DNA of 64,000 nt from an uncultured virus (IMG/VR IMGVR_UViG_3300020207_000018) (IMGVR_UViG_3300020207_000018:1-64000), one strand, 5' to 3'; positions 8,891 to 19,061 are shown, counted from the stretch's first letter. Notes: generated by a model not told the origin, from the letters alone. Numbers and translations: made by a program.

Positions 8891-10082
8891 TATACTCTGA
8901 AGTCTCTGATTCGTCTAGAGGATTTTCATCATTAAGTGAAACACCCTCATCGACTTTAGTGTAGAGGTCAAGAACAGCAGCTCTTGTCTCTTCATCGAAC
9001 CTTGAGATACACATTTCGATTGACTTGAGTTTGTCGTCAAACATTCTGAAAGCGTTGACGATGTGAACAAGTCTTCTTGTTGTGATAACATCATCGATTG
9101 CACCCTCGTAGTATGTCTTTCTGATTATGTCAGCCCAATCTACTAACTTGGTTGTGAACTCAGTGTCGACTTCACCAGTCAATGCCATTTCTTTCTCAAG
9201 AATTTTTCTCTCAGTTGTCACTGGAGGATATTCTTGTTGCATAGTGATCGCAAACCTTTCAAGCATCGCTTCGTTCATGATCTGAGTTCCGATGAACTTG
9301 CCATCTTCTGAACCTTGACCTTTAGTGTTTGCAGTCGCAAGAATAGTGAAACCCTCTTTAGGTGTCACCCACTCACCAGTTTTCTTGATCAAGTAACCTT
9401 TACCTTCAAGAACTGATTGTAAACACATAAGTTTGTTAGAACCAAGATCGACTTCGTCTAAGAGAAGAACAGCGCCTTTTCTCATTGCCTTGATAACAGG
9501 GCCTTCTCTGAACTCAATGTTACCATTGACTAGAGTGTGACCACCCATTAGATCATCTTCATCGGTCTCAATAGTGATATTGACTCTGTAGAGTTCTCTC
9601 TTCAGTTGAGCACAAACCTGTTCGATCATCAAAGTCTTACCGTTACCAGAAAGACCTGTGACAAAAACAGGGAAGAAAATCTTCGACTTGATTATGTTCT
9701 TGACATCTTTGAAATGTCCGAAAGGAACATAATTAGTCATTTTCTCAGGAACAATTTTGACATTGTCTTCTAAGATGTTAATCGATTCTGTCTGAGCAGC
9801 AACAGGCATGTTGCTTTGAACTTTAGCAGGAATCGCCCTTGTTGTCATAGGAACAACATTACTATTGATCAAAGGTGTTAGATCAAAAGTAGTTTTAGTA
9901 TCATTCGTAAATGGATACTTTTTAGATTTTACCCAATAGGGTACATAATCCAGAGTGTCTAAATCCTCTTTCGAGAAAACAGACTGATCTGGAAAATTAG
10001 TTTTTAGAGTGTTTATAAACTCTACTTTATCTGGTGATAACCTAAAATTCTTATCACCTAGATTGATAACTTCACTTCTCAT
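8868..10082 (-). CDS. MoxR/CobS-like AAA+ ATPase
   Basis: GLSGNGKT, LLLDEVD, TANTKGQG, AMLERF. Confidence 0.9.
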   Translation of the reverse strand: MRSEVINLGDKNFRLSPDKVEFINTLKTNFPDQSVFSKEDLDTLDYVPYWVKSKKYPFTNDTKTTFDLTPLINSNVVPMTTRAIPAKVQSNMPVAAQTESINILEDNVKIVPEKMTNYVPFGHFKDVKNIIKSKIFFPVFVTGLSGNGKTLMIEQVCAQLKRELYRVNITIETDEDDLMGGHTLVNGNIEFREGPVIKAMRKGAVLLLDEVDLGSNKLMCLQSVLEGKGYLIKKTGEWVTPKEGFTILATANTKGQGSEDGKFIGTQIMNEAMLERFAITMQQEYPPVTTERKILEKEMALTGEVDTEFTTKLVDWADIIRKTYYEGAIDDVITTRRLVHIVNAFRMFDDKLKSIEMCISRFDEETRAAVLDLYTKVDEGVSLNDENPLDESETSEYNDTDEYV

Positions 10083-10123
10083 ATAGTCTCCTTAAAAATA
10101 TCAGTTAATCTCATCATGATTCC

Positions 10124-10153
10124 ATCCTACTAAAAAACAGCACCCATTGTCAA
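10124..10153 (-). promoter_or_regulatory. Sigma70-type early promoter TTGACA-N18-TAGGAT
   Basis: Same layout as at 12768-12797 and 13061-13090. Confidence 0.75.
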
Positions 10154-10158
10154 CCATG

Positions 10159-10428
10159 TTATTCGATTGGTTTCAATAGTCTGCCTAGATCAACATCAAT
10201 AGATGTCTTCTTCTTTTTTCTCATAGTGAAATAAGAATCGTTGTTGACCCAATATCTGAATGCCTTACATTCTACTTTTTCTAAGGCACATTCTTCTTGC
10301 CTCTTACAGTCAAACTTTACACATGGGCCTTTACCCACCTGAATCATCGCTTCTGCAAGTTTATTTGTATTAAATCCTGGATCTCTAGGACTTTCATACT
10401 CGGTTATATCAATTGCTAAATTTCTCAT
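10159..10428 (-). CDS. Hypothetical Cys-containing protein
   Basis: Coupled to the upstream stop; four Cys. Confidence 0.6.
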   Translation of the reverse strand: MRNLAIDITEYESPRDPGFNTNKLAEAMIQVGKGPCVKFDCKRQEECALEKVECKAFRYWVNNDSYFTMRKKKKTSIDVDLGRLLKPIE

Positions 10429-12761
10429 TATGCGATCTCCTTTATGAACTCGTTTGTTAAAAATCTAGAAGTAGTTTTAGATTTCTGATTTCTTTTGAAA
10501 GCAGAAAGTACTTTAGACTTCTTAGCACCCACTAAGTCTGTGTCTAACTCATCATCACCTGAAGCAAGTAGGTTGTTTGATGTAGTTAAGAATAGTTTGT
10601 TGTAGCCTTTTGAGTTAACTACTAAACCTGTTTTTTTCATTTGTCTCCAAGAAGAAGCTTCTTCTGACCATGAAATCTCTTTGAGATAGTAAACTAGGTT
10701 TGAGAAGTCTCTCTTTTTACTGAAGATAAAGTAACCTGTGATAGTGACACCAGTTGTATCTGATATCCATTCTAATAAATTGCAAGTTCTATTCCATGCA
10801 TCAATGTAATTACCATCGAACAGATAAGACGCCTTTGTGTACGGATCTTTTAGATATCTGTGAGACGTGCCTCTCCATGAATCTTCTGTTTCTTGTGATC
10901 TCTGATCAGCATACTCTTCATCTGTTTTCTTTAACATTTGAGATTCGTGGGAAAAACCGTCAGTAACAACTGTTAAGATTGATTTTTCAATACCATATCT
11001 TTTGTTAAATGCAGGTACTAACTTTCTCATAGCAATGATACTGTGATCAAGTGGAGTACCACTGAAATTGTATTTGTTAGGAACAATATTCCAAGTTAAT
11101 GATCCTGAGTCTTGTGTAAGGTCATAACCAGTTGCTTCAAAGAATGCTTCTGTCTTCTCATTAGTTTGCCAGTAGTTAATGTTTCTTGCCCATGACCCAA
11201 TGTAAAGTTGAGATATAGCATTCAAAGCTTTTTTATGTTCTCTACCTGTCATTTCATTTGAAAGAATCTCAATTAATCTTCCGTCATGGTCATACCAAGA
11301 ACTGTCTGGTGAATAACAATCTGAGAACAAATAAACTCTGTAAGGTAGTTGAACTTTTCTACAGAACTCAGCAAGAATAATTGCTTGTTCTAAGATATCT
11401 TTTGCTTCGTTAGCAATCGAACCAGACCAGTCAAGTAAGACTTGCACACCGTGATTCTTACCTTTAGGAAGATATGTCATTTGTTTGAACACATCATCAA
11501 TAATCTGATACTTAGCAAGTTTGTTCATGTCAAGTTTACCAGACTTAGCAACTCTAGCTCTCACTGCAAGTTTAGCTGTTTGTCTCATATCAAATTCTTT
11601 TGCCATATGCATGACAACTTTTTTACTTTTGTCGCTTAAGTATTTTGTAACCTTCTCTGACATTTCAATCCATCTAGGATATTCTTTATTGTGCCATTCA
11701 CTTCTATATTCTTCAGCAGGTTTAGGTCCATTGTGAGCATCAAAGTCTTTGAAAACATCTTTGTAACCTACGATTATCTTGTCGACAACACCGTCTTTTG
11801 CGAAGAATGTGTCGAGGTTACAATAAGTTTTGATACTTGCATTTTCATCAATAAAATCGTTCTCGTTACTGTGAGCATTGTGTTCTGTGATTGACTCTCT
11901 AGCACCATCTTCTGAATCGAACTCACCACCCATTTTACCAGAAGTATCTTTACTTAAGTCTCTTTCTTCTTCTGATTCTTCTTCGGTGTTTTGTTCAGAA
12001 GAATCATCGCCTTTAGACGCTTGTTCTTCATCTTCTCCGTCTTCTCCAAAAGTATCTTCGTCTTCATTGTCTTCGTATTCATCGTCTGTGTCCTCCCATT
12101 GATCACCAAAAGTTGGTTCTTCATCTTCTTCATCAAGGTCGATATCGAAGTCGTCACCTAGGAGTGTCTTAACAAGTTGACTATCATCTTCATTTCTTGA
12201 CTCGTTTTCTTTTGACCATTCATAGATTGCATTTGCAACTTGAACAACATCTTCCCATGTCTCACACTTGTAAGAGGCATCTAAGAATGCTTGTTCTACA
12301 TCATTAAGTTTGATGTTAACTCTTGAACCTACTTTTGTAATTAAGTTAATTTTATCAATCAAAGATAGAGATTGAAGGTCTCTATTTTTGATACCAAAGA
12401 AATCTTTTTGCATTAGTTCATCATATGCTTTGAAGAAAGACTTTCTTAGACCTGCAAATTTGTCTCTGATCTTTCTCTCAATTCTAACGTCTTCTATCAC
12501 ATTGAGATAACCTTTCAATGTTCTATTGTTTTTGATAGTAGAGTGTAGACCCTCATAAGGAGTATACAAAGCATGACCTACTTCGTGACCCATAAACAGA
12601 TCATAAAGTTCGGATGAAATATCATCTTTGAATGTAGGACAGGCAAGAACCCTGTTCTTAACATCAAAGTATGCAGTTGGAATTGCTTTGTGAACAACAG
12701 TAATATTCTCTGTTGCCATTAGTTTTGCAAGCGTGTCTTTTTGTTGTCTTATCTCAGTCAT
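10428..12761 (-). CDS. CobT-like protein: HExxH metallopeptidase-like domain, acidic linker, vWA domain
   Basis: HEVGH, NVIEDVRIE, D/E-rich linker, LLDWSGS MIDAS, VVTDG; likely partner of the MoxR ATPase. Confidence 0.85.
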   Translation of the reverse strand: MTEIRQQKDTLAKLMATENITVVHKAIPTAYFDVKNRVLACPTFKDDISSELYDLFMGHEVGHALYTPYEGLHSTIKNNRTLKGYLNVIEDVRIERKIRDKFAGLRKSFFKAYDELMQKDFFGIKNRDLQSLSLIDKINLITKVGSRVNIKLNDVEQAFLDASYKCETWEDVVQVANAIYEWSKENESRNEDDSQLVKTLLGDDFDIDLDEEDEEPTFGDQWEDTDDEYEDNEDEDTFGEDGEDEEQASKGDDSSEQNTEEESEEERDLSKDTSGKMGGEFDSEDGARESITEHNAHSNENDFIDENASIKTYCNLDTFFAKDGVVDKIIVGYKDVFKDFDAHNGPKPAEEYRSEWHNKEYPRWIEMSEKVTKYLSDKSKKVVMHMAKEFDMRQTAKLAVRARVAKSGKLDMNKLAKYQIIDDVFKQMTYLPKGKNHGVQVLLDWSGSIANEAKDILEQAIILAEFCRKVQLPYRVYLFSDCYSPDSSWYDHDGRLIEILSNEMTGREHKKALNAISQLYIGSWARNINYWQTNEKTEAFFEATGYDLTQDSGSLTWNIVPNKYNFSGTPLDHSIIAMRKLVPAFNKRYGIEKSILTVVTDGFSHESQMLKKTDEEYADQRSQETEDSWRGTSHRYLKDPYTKASYLFDGNYIDAWNRTCNLLEWISDTTGVTITGYFIFSKKRDFSNLVYYLKEISWSEEASSWRQMKKTGLVVNSKGYNKLFLTTSNNLLASGDDELDTDLVGAKKSKVLSAFKRNQKSKTTSRFLTNEFIKEIA

Positions 12762-12767
12762 GTGTAT

Positions 12768-12797
12768 ATCCTACAATTTTTTGGTGGTCATTGTCAA
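12768..12797 (-). promoter_or_regulatory. Sigma70-type early promoter TTGACA-N18-TAGGAT
   Basis: -10 element ends 6 nt before the ATG at 12761. Confidence 0.75.
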
Positions 12798-12804
12798 GCG
12801 TCTC

Positions 12805-13032
12805 CTAACCCATTGGGCCAGGGGCTTCCATCGCTTCTTCAAAAAATTGTTCAGAGATTCTATTGATTAGAAACTCTCTTGCTTCATCTAAGTCTAGCTT
12901 CCACATTGGTATATTGATACCAAAATTTAGATGTAGAACCTGTTTTACTTTGATATTTGACATTGCATCGACTACATCGATTGCATCTGAAATTGCTTTA
13001 TCAGCAATTAGATCGTTTGAAAAATGTGACAT
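12805..13032 (-). CDS. Hypothetical early protein
   Basis: GGAG RBS, own promoter. Confidence 0.65.
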   Translation of the reverse strand: MSHFSNDLIADKAISDAIDVVDAMSNIKVKQVLHLNFGINIPMWKLDLDEAREFLINRISEQFFEEAMEAPGPMG

Positions 13033-13060
13033 AATTTACTCCTTTTTTTATTTGATGGTA

Positions 13061-13090
13061 ATGGTACCAAAAAATGGAGGTCATTGTCAA
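13061..13090 (-). promoter_or_regulatory. Sigma70-type early promoter TTGACA-N18-TACCAT
   Basis: Shares TTGACAATGACC with the 12797 promoter. Confidence 0.7.
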
Positions 13091-13093
13091 GCT

Positions 13094-13675
13094 TTACAAG
13101 CGTACTGAGTCTTCGTCTAGGTCTAAGTTGTGAATAGGGTGTTGTATCATTTGTTTGTCTGGATCTGTAGAGAACCAAAATGATATTGTGTGACGTGAGT
13201 TTCTTCTCACTTTTGAGACACCATGAGGAATGTAGATGCCTTGAAACAATAGTCCTGTACCTGCTTCTGGTTCAAATGTTTCACCATCTGGAATGTATGT
13301 TCTACCACCTTTGAAGTCATCGTTCAAATATAGTATACATGTCCATTCTCTGGCAGGTACTATTGTATCTTTTCTTTTTATTTTTGTTTCTTGGTTTGAA
13401 TATGTATCTAAGTGTGGGTCTTGTATACCACCGATTGGCCATTCGTTTAGAGATATCATTTCAGGCCAAACAGTTTGACGTGAAGTAAGTTTAATTTCTC
13501 CAACTAAATCGTAGATGCAACGAAATATAAGGTCTCTGACCCATTGAGTTTTAATGTGTAGAAATCTGATACCTACGTAATCAGAACCGTCTCCAACAGT
13601 CTCTAAGTTTCTATGCGCTTTGTGAAATAGTATCAGATTCTTCGCTTCTTCCTTCGTCAACAGATGTTGAATCAT
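13094..13675 (-). CDS. 2OG-Fe(II) oxygenase, prolyl-4-hydroxylase-like (start uncertain, 13675 or 13753)
   Basis: HLD, WTCILYLN, HGV, RHTISFW. Confidence 0.85.
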   Translation of the reverse strand: MIQHLLTKEEAKNLILFHKAHRNLETVGDGSDYVGIRFLHIKTQWVRDLIFRCIYDLVGEIKLTSRQTVWPEMISLNEWPIGGIQDPHLDTYSNQETKIKRKDTIVPAREWTCILYLNDDFKGGRTYIPDGETFEPEAGTGLLFQGIYIPHGVSKVRRNSRHTISFWFSTDPDKQMIQHPIHNLDLDEDSVRL

Positions 13676-14255
13676 CTGAGGTTGAAACGGACTCTGACTC
13701 TGCGAGTTCTTGTTGTTGTTGGATGAATCTTGCGATTGCCATTCGTTTTTCATATTCTAATCGTTTTCTTTCTTCCTTTGGTCGTGCTTTCAATGCTCTT
13801 TCGAGTTTTAATCTTGAGGCACGTTGTAAGAAGATTACACCATTTAAGTGATCTATCTCGTGTTGTACACATCGAGCTGCTAGACCATCTAGCACTAACG
13901 TATGTTTTTCACCATCACTATCTTGGTATTCAAACTCTATTGTCTTTGATCTTTTGATCATTAGATAGATGTCTGGAAAAGAAAGACAACCCTCTTTCAT
14001 AAGATCGGTATCTTGTGATGCTTTAGTTAACTTAGGGTTAAAGAAACCTACTGTACCTTTATCAGCAGTTTTCATAACAAACATTTTGTATGGTAGACCA
14101 ACCTGATTTGCTGATAGGCCAATACCACCGAATTTATCCATCGCCTCTGCCATATTCTTTTCGATTTCCTTAGGGTCTTCCTTAGGGTTCTCAAAGTCAA
14201 ACTCGGGTGGTGGAGTTCTGAGTACTTTACTTGCTTCTTCTATAAGTTCATACAT
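13611..14255 (-). CDS. def: Peptide deformylase
   Basis: GIGLSANQ, EGCLS, QHEIDHLNG motifs. Confidence 0.95.
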   Translation of the reverse strand: MYELIEEASKVLRTPPPEFDFENPKEDPKEIEKNMAEAMDKFGGIGLSANQVGLPYKMFVMKTADKGTVGFFNPKLTKASQDTDLMKEGCLSFPDIYLMIKRSKTIEFEYQDSDGEKHTLVLDGLAARCVQHEIDHLNGVIFLQRASRLKLERALKARPKEERKRLEYEKRMAIARFIQQQQELAESESVSTSDDSTSVDEGRSEESDTISQSA

Positions 14256-14263
14256 AGTTTTAT

Positions 14264-15982
14264 TTATTGCACTGAAATTCTTGAGAAGTTCTTATACTTC
14301 TCAAATCTAATGACCTCTTCAAACTTATCGTAGAGTTGGTCGCCTTTGTGTGATATGATGAAAGCATTTGTCTTCTCTGATAGAGTATTTAACAATCTTA
14401 AGAAGTCATCGGTACCTTGAGCATCTAATGAAGAATCAAAAACCTCATCTAATATTAATAGGTTAGTGTTCACCGAATTCTTCATTCTTGCAACTGCTCT
14501 CCATGTAAAGAGAAGCGCAAGGTCAATTCTCATCTTTTCACCTTGTGAGAAGTTATCATATTTGAAAACGTCTCTAAATCTGGACTTGATAGTCTCTTCG
14601 AAACCTTCATCAAGTTCAAACCCAACATAAAACTCCAATGATGATAGATACTTGTTGATTAACTTGTTCATCACTGGAACATATTGTTTAATAATTTTTT
14701 GTTTGACACCCTCGTCTCTTAAGAGTAAGGCTGCTATCTCATAGTAATGACTCTTTTCTGTTAGAGATTTCTTTTTACTCTCTAGTTTATCTAGGTCGTC
14801 TTCACTTGAGGTTAGTCTGTCCTGTACACCACCGTCACTCTGGATGCTATTTCTAAGTTCTTCTATCTGAGAGGTTATCTTCTGTATGTACTTTTGATTA
14901 GACAACACTTCGGTCTGTAGAAGTCCTATTTCTCTTTGGACTTCTGTGATTTCTGATTGTATTCCTGTGATTCGATCAACTTCGTCATTGAGTTCTTTAA
15001 GTTGGTCGTCAAGAGTAGACATCGCCGTCTTGATCTCAGAGATTTTATCAGATTTTTCCTGAATGTGTTTCTTCTTGTGTTCATGATCTAAACCTTGTTT
15101 ACAGGTTGGGCAGTTGTCATTGTTTTCGTAGAATTCAATATCTGCAAGTGCTTTCTTTCTAGCTGCTTCGAGTTGTTTCTCCACATCAATAACTTGTTTA
15201 AGTTTATTTTCTGTAGAATCTTTACTCTTGATGGCGGATTCTTTCTCCACCACATTTTCCGTCTTTTCATTGATTTTCCCCATTAAAGATTGAATATTAG
15301 TTTCAGTTTCTTTCACGGTTTTTTCATACTTATCAATTTGTTCATCACGTGTTTGTTGAAGTGCATTCATCTGATCAGTCAAGCCAGCAATTCTTTCTTC
15401 CATAATCTCGACTTGATGTTCAGTGTCTTTCAGTTCAATTCTATGATCTGCAAATTTCTTCCTTAGTATGTCTTTCATAGTAGAGAAGATAGAAATATCT
15501 AATAGGTCTTCAACTAGTTTACGTCTATCACGAGCTCTTAGCTGCATGAATGGAGTAAAGTTAGCTGAACCTAAAATTGCCACTTGAGTGAAGGAACGAT
15601 AACTCATTTTGAGTATGTTCTTTTCTAAGTGATCTTGGTAGTCTCTCATTGTTGCATCTTGGTTGATCAGGACATCACTAAGATAGAGTTCGAATTTATT
15701 TGGTTTTGCACCACGAATTACTTTGTAGTTTTTCTTACCTACAGAAAATTCGATCTCAACAATGAGTTCTTTTTCATTTATTGAATTGATTAATAGTTCT
15801 TTCTTAAGGTTTCTAAAACCTTTACCATATAAACCAAAACAAAGGGCATCAAGTAAAGTAGATTTACCTGCACCATTTTCACCAAGAATTAGTGTTGTTT
15901 GTGAACGATCTAATTCGATGGTGGTAAACTTATTACCAGATGAAAGTAGATTCTTCCATCTAATCTTTTTAAAATGTATCAT
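14264..15982 (-). CDS. gp46: Recombination endonuclease ATPase subunit gp46 (Rad50-like)
   Basis: GENGAGKST, CPTC hook, FSQGE, LILDEVFD. Confidence 0.95.
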   Translation of the reverse strand: MIHFKKIRWKNLLSSGNKFTTIELDRSQTTLILGENGAGKSTLLDALCFGLYGKGFRNLKKELLINSINEKELIVEIEFSVGKKNYKVIRGAKPNKFELYLSDVLINQDATMRDYQDHLEKNILKMSYRSFTQVAILGSANFTPFMQLRARDRRKLVEDLLDISIFSTMKDILRKKFADHRIELKDTEHQVEIMEERIAGLTDQMNALQQTRDEQIDKYEKTVKETETNIQSLMGKINEKTENVVEKESAIKSKDSTENKLKQVIDVEKQLEAARKKALADIEFYENNDNCPTCKQGLDHEHKKKHIQEKSDKISEIKTAMSTLDDQLKELNDEVDRITGIQSEITEVQREIGLLQTEVLSNQKYIQKITSQIEELRNSIQSDGGVQDRLTSSEDDLDKLESKKKSLTEKSHYYEIAALLLRDEGVKQKIIKQYVPVMNKLINKYLSSLEFYVGFELDEGFEETIKSRFRDVFKYDNFSQGEKMRIDLALLFTWRAVARMKNSVNTNLLILDEVFDSSLDAQGTDDFLRLLNTLSEKTNAFIISHKGDQLYDKFEEVIRFEKYKNFSRISVQ

Positions 15983-17046
15983 AGATAAGCGTGTTCATCC
16001 AATGCTTCATTATACAACGAAGTTATCATTTCTGACAATTGGGTTTTGTCACCTTGTATCTCCAGAGAGTCAATATATTTACTGAGTATTGTTAATGTAT
16101 CTTCCACGCCTTCGAGTTCTTCATCTGATAGTAAGTCCATGTGTTTATGGTCATCTACTACAGTCATGTGTAAAGGATTAACTGCATGTAACTTATCTAT
16201 CATACTGTCAAATAGATATGGATTTTCTTTGTTGACTACGACCACCTTAACAAATTTGTTTGAGTACTTGTCGTAATCTTTATTCATAATGGTCTCAAAG
16301 GTTTCTTTTTCATCATCATAGAATACCTTTTCAAACATTGTTAAAGGGTTTAAAACTGGTGTTAACTCTTGTGTTTCTGTATCAAAGATATGGAAATATT
16401 TTGGGTCTCCATAATCTGACCATGTAAATTGCATTTGACTTCCTAGATATCTACAGTTCTTCACTTCAGATTTACTATGAAAGTGGCCACTGTAAACTTT
16501 ATCGAATCTTTTTAAGTAACTGATATCTAAACCGTGAGAACACACGGCACCAGGCATCATCAATGCACCTTCGATTTCAAAGTGACCCATACAAACACTA
16601 GCATTTGCTGATAACAGAAAGTCTACTGAGTCTGCATAGTTTTCATTATTAATCCATGGTACAAGTGCAATATTAAAACCATCGTATTCTTTTACTGAAG
16701 GTTCTGTGATCACATTGATTGAATCATCACCAAATAGTAATAACTCTGGTGCATTCACATCGTTTGTTGATTTATAATAGACATCATGGTTACCTATAAT
16801 AAGGTCCATAGATATGCCTTGTTCAAGCATAGGTTTAATAAAGTGTTCTCTATTTGCCTTAAGACTTGCAAAGTTTACATACTTACGTCTATCAAAGTAA
16901 TCACCCAAATGAATGATGTGTTTGATGTCATGTTCAGCTAGGTATGGAAAGAAGACTTCATTGTAGAAACGACCTTGATATTCGGCCATTGCAACCATGT
17001 CACCTCTGACACCTGCATGAGTATCATTTAATAGAGCTATTTTCAT
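15979..17046 (-). CDS. gp47: Recombination endonuclease subunit gp47 (Mre11-like)
   Basis: DTHAG, GDYFD, GNHD, SGHFH. Confidence 0.95.
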   Translation of the reverse strand: MKIALLNDTHAGVRGDMVAMAEYQGRFYNEVFFPYLAEHDIKHIIHLGDYFDRRKYVNFASLKANREHFIKPMLEQGISMDLIIGNHDVYYKSTNDVNAPELLLFGDDSINVITEPSVKEYDGFNIALVPWINNENYADSVDFLLSANASVCMGHFEIEGALMMPGAVCSHGLDISYLKRFDKVYSGHFHSKSEVKNCRYLGSQMQFTWSDYGDPKYFHIFDTETQELTPVLNPLTMFEKVFYDDEKETFETIMNKDYDKYSNKFVKVVVVNKENPYLFDSMIDKLHAVNPLHMTVVDDHKHMDLLSDEELEGVEDTLTILSKYIDSLEIQGDKTQLSEMITSLYNEALDEHAYL

Positions 17047-17594
17047 TCAGTAAAGTTATCTAAGTTTTTTTTCGTTGTTGCTTTCTTTGTTCTTTTTGAT
17101 TTTCTTGGTTCGTACTCGACTGGATTCATATTCTCTTGCATCCACTCAACGTTTGTATTTGACAAACTAGGGTCATATACTCCATCTATTGTATCGAATC
17201 CTACCTCTGTTAAGCCTGTTTCATTGATAAGTTTTTGCTTTACGAATACTTGTTTTTTCTCCTTTTGTATTCTTCTTAAAAATGCATAGTAACAAATCTG
17301 TGTTACGTAGGCAAAGGCATTGTCTGATTTTTCTCTGTTGAAATTGTTGATATATTGTATGCAGTTTTCAATTGCATCACAAATCATTTCATCCCTATAA
17401 GTATAGTTGATGAAGTTTGGTCTAGTAGATAGTCGTGTAGCGATCTTATAGATGCATTCGCCTATGTAGTTTGACATTTGGGGAGGTGTTTTCCCCTTTG
17501 ACTCGGCAAGTTTAACTGACTCATTAAACTCGGCGACAGCTGCTGTGAACTCTTTGTTGTTTACATAGTGTTCATTTTGTTTTTTCGTAGTCAT
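17043..17594 (-). CDS. gp55: Late sigma factor gp55
   Basis: HYVNNKEF, PNFINYTYRDEMICDAIENC, AFAYVTQICYYAFLRRIQKEKKQ. Confidence 0.95.
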   Translation of the reverse strand: MTTKKQNEHYVNNKEFTAAVAEFNESVKLAESKGKTPPQMSNYIGECIYKIATRLSTRPNFINYTYRDEMICDAIENCIQYINNFNREKSDNAFAYVTQICYYAFLRRIQKEKKQVFVKQKLINETGLTEVGFDTIDGVYDPSLSNTNVEWMQENMNPVEYEPRKSKRTKKATTKKNLDNFTE

Positions 17595-17726
17595 AAAGGG
17601 ATATTACACTAAAAACGTTGATCCTGTAAGGGGTTTTTAGGTATTTATTAAATCTAATTTTTTTTGGAAAAGGGGGTGTTTGGATTTCAAATCATATGAT
17701 ATGATTATTATGTTCGCTGAGAAGCC

Positions 17727-17951
17727 TTATCCTATTAGGTAGCCACTCAACATCATTACTGCCCCCATTGCAAAGACACAACTTAATTGAATGATTGTTG
17801 GTATTACTACAAACAAAAGAAGTGGATCGAAATCACCCTTTGAAAAGAAGTCTTCTTCTCTCCACTTCTCAAACTCTTCAGGCGTAGCGTCTGTAGTTTT
17901 ATTTAGTTGTAGTTGTAACTGTTGCGGATATCTCATCTTTATGTTTTGCAT
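17727..17951 (-). CDS. Hypothetical membrane protein
   Basis: C-terminal hydrophobic segment. Confidence 0.5.
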   Translation of the reverse strand: MQNIKMRYPQQLQLQLNKTTDATPEEFEKWREEDFFSKGDFDPLLLFVVIPTIIQLSCVFAMGAVMMLSGYLIG

Positions 17952-18059
17952 TACTGCTGTTTTGTTGATATAAAATATATTCGATCTCGCTCATAGGAGC
18001 GTGCTTCAAATACGCAACACTTATTACAATACTTGTGAATAAAATAAGTAAAACTTCCA

Positions 18060-18311
18060 TTATGCCCTAGGACATCTTCTACGAATGATGTAGTCAGATG
18101 CTTTTCGTAGTTCTTTTTTCGATAATACGCCATCGCCGTTTTTATCGGCAGCTTTAAATAGGCCAACACGTACCGTACAACCTGAATCTCTCAATTCTTG
18201 TTGAGTAACGAAACCGTTACTATCTAGGTCAAATTTTCTCATTCTCCAATCATCGGCGAAAGCCTCACTTGTGATCAAGAGCATTGTAGTTAAAGCAAAT
18301 AATTTTTTCAT
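18060..18311 (-). CDS. Secreted EF-hand protein
   Basis: Signal peptide ending AFA; DLDSNGFVTQQE and DKNGDGVLSKKE loops; GGAG RBS. Confidence 0.8.
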   Translation of the reverse strand: MKKLFALTTMLLITSEAFADDWRMRKFDLDSNGFVTQQELRDSGCTVRVGLFKAADKNGDGVLSKKELRKASDYIIRRRCPRA

Positions 18312-18320
18312 GTTTTCTCC

Positions 18321-18455
18321 TTAGACTATTGGCGCAATCGCTACTGTGCATGAAATGAATACAAAACATAGAACAATAAGTTCTAAGGCATCTACTAAGT
18401 TAGATTCATCCAACTCAGAAATTTCATCTTTTAATTTTTTAACTAGCTCAGTCAT
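18321..18455 (-). CDS. Small membrane protein (44 aa, MTELVKKLKD...)
   Basis: Manual translation; GGAG RBS; hydrophobic C-terminus. Confidence 0.5.
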   Translation of the reverse strand: MTELVKKLKDEISELDESNLVDALELIVLCFVFISCTVAIAPIV

Positions 18456-18548
18456 GATTCTCCATTAATAAGTAAATTATATAATATAATATAATTCTTG
18501 GTTATAAACGCAATTATTTAGTAAGTTAATGAACCTAACAAATAGGTT

Positions 18549-19061
18549 TTAGTGAATTTTTTTAGGGTCTTTTGGAACTTCTGCGAATTCAAAATCATCG
18601 TACTCAGACATTACTTCTTCAAACTCATCTAGTTCTAGGTCAGTTGCATTTTCAATGAGTTCATCCATAGCTTTTCTAATCTTGCTATCGAGTTTATTCA
18701 TAAAACTACCTTTGACTGGTATCGGTCTACCATCATCTAAAGGTATACTGCCCTCTTCAATCATCTTAAACCATTTTGATGAAGCACTATCATAAAATGG
18801 AATGAATTGATCATTCATAATACTTCTATGCACCACATGATCTTTTGGTATTGTAATCTTTTCATCTGAGGTCAAAGGCGCATATGGGTAGAATGTTGCC
18901 TGAGTTTTTGGTGTGCCTGGTATTATAGACAAATGGCAGATCATTGGCAATGTGATTTCTAAAGATGTGTCGGTTTCTCTGGTCATACCTACAACTTCAG
19001 TGCCAGTTTTAAGTTTAATTACTTCATATCTTGTTGGTAATAAATCTTTTGGTGATGCCAT
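18549..19061 (-). CDS. Conserved T4-like hypothetical protein downstream of uvsW
   Basis: VIKLKTGTEVVG N-terminal motif, acidic tail. Confidence 0.7.
   Translation of the reverse strand: MASPKDLLPTRYEVIKLKTGTEVVGMTRETDTSLEITLPMICHLSIIPGTPKTQATFYPYAPLTSDEKITIPKDHVVHRSIMNDQFIPFYDSASSKWFKMIEEGSIPLDDGRPIPVKGSFMNKLDSKIRKAMDELIENATDLELDEFEEVMSEYDDFEFAEVPKDPKKIH

Noticed and set aside
8868..12761. Cobalamin biosynthesis (cobS/cobT) as an auxiliary metabolic pathway
   Set aside because: The motifs only support a generic MoxR AAA+/vWA pair common in T4-like phages, and no other cob genes are in the window.
17951..18169. 72-aa minus-strand ORF
   Set aside because: It overlaps the better supported EF-hand gene by 110 nt, and has no RBS or recognisable motif.
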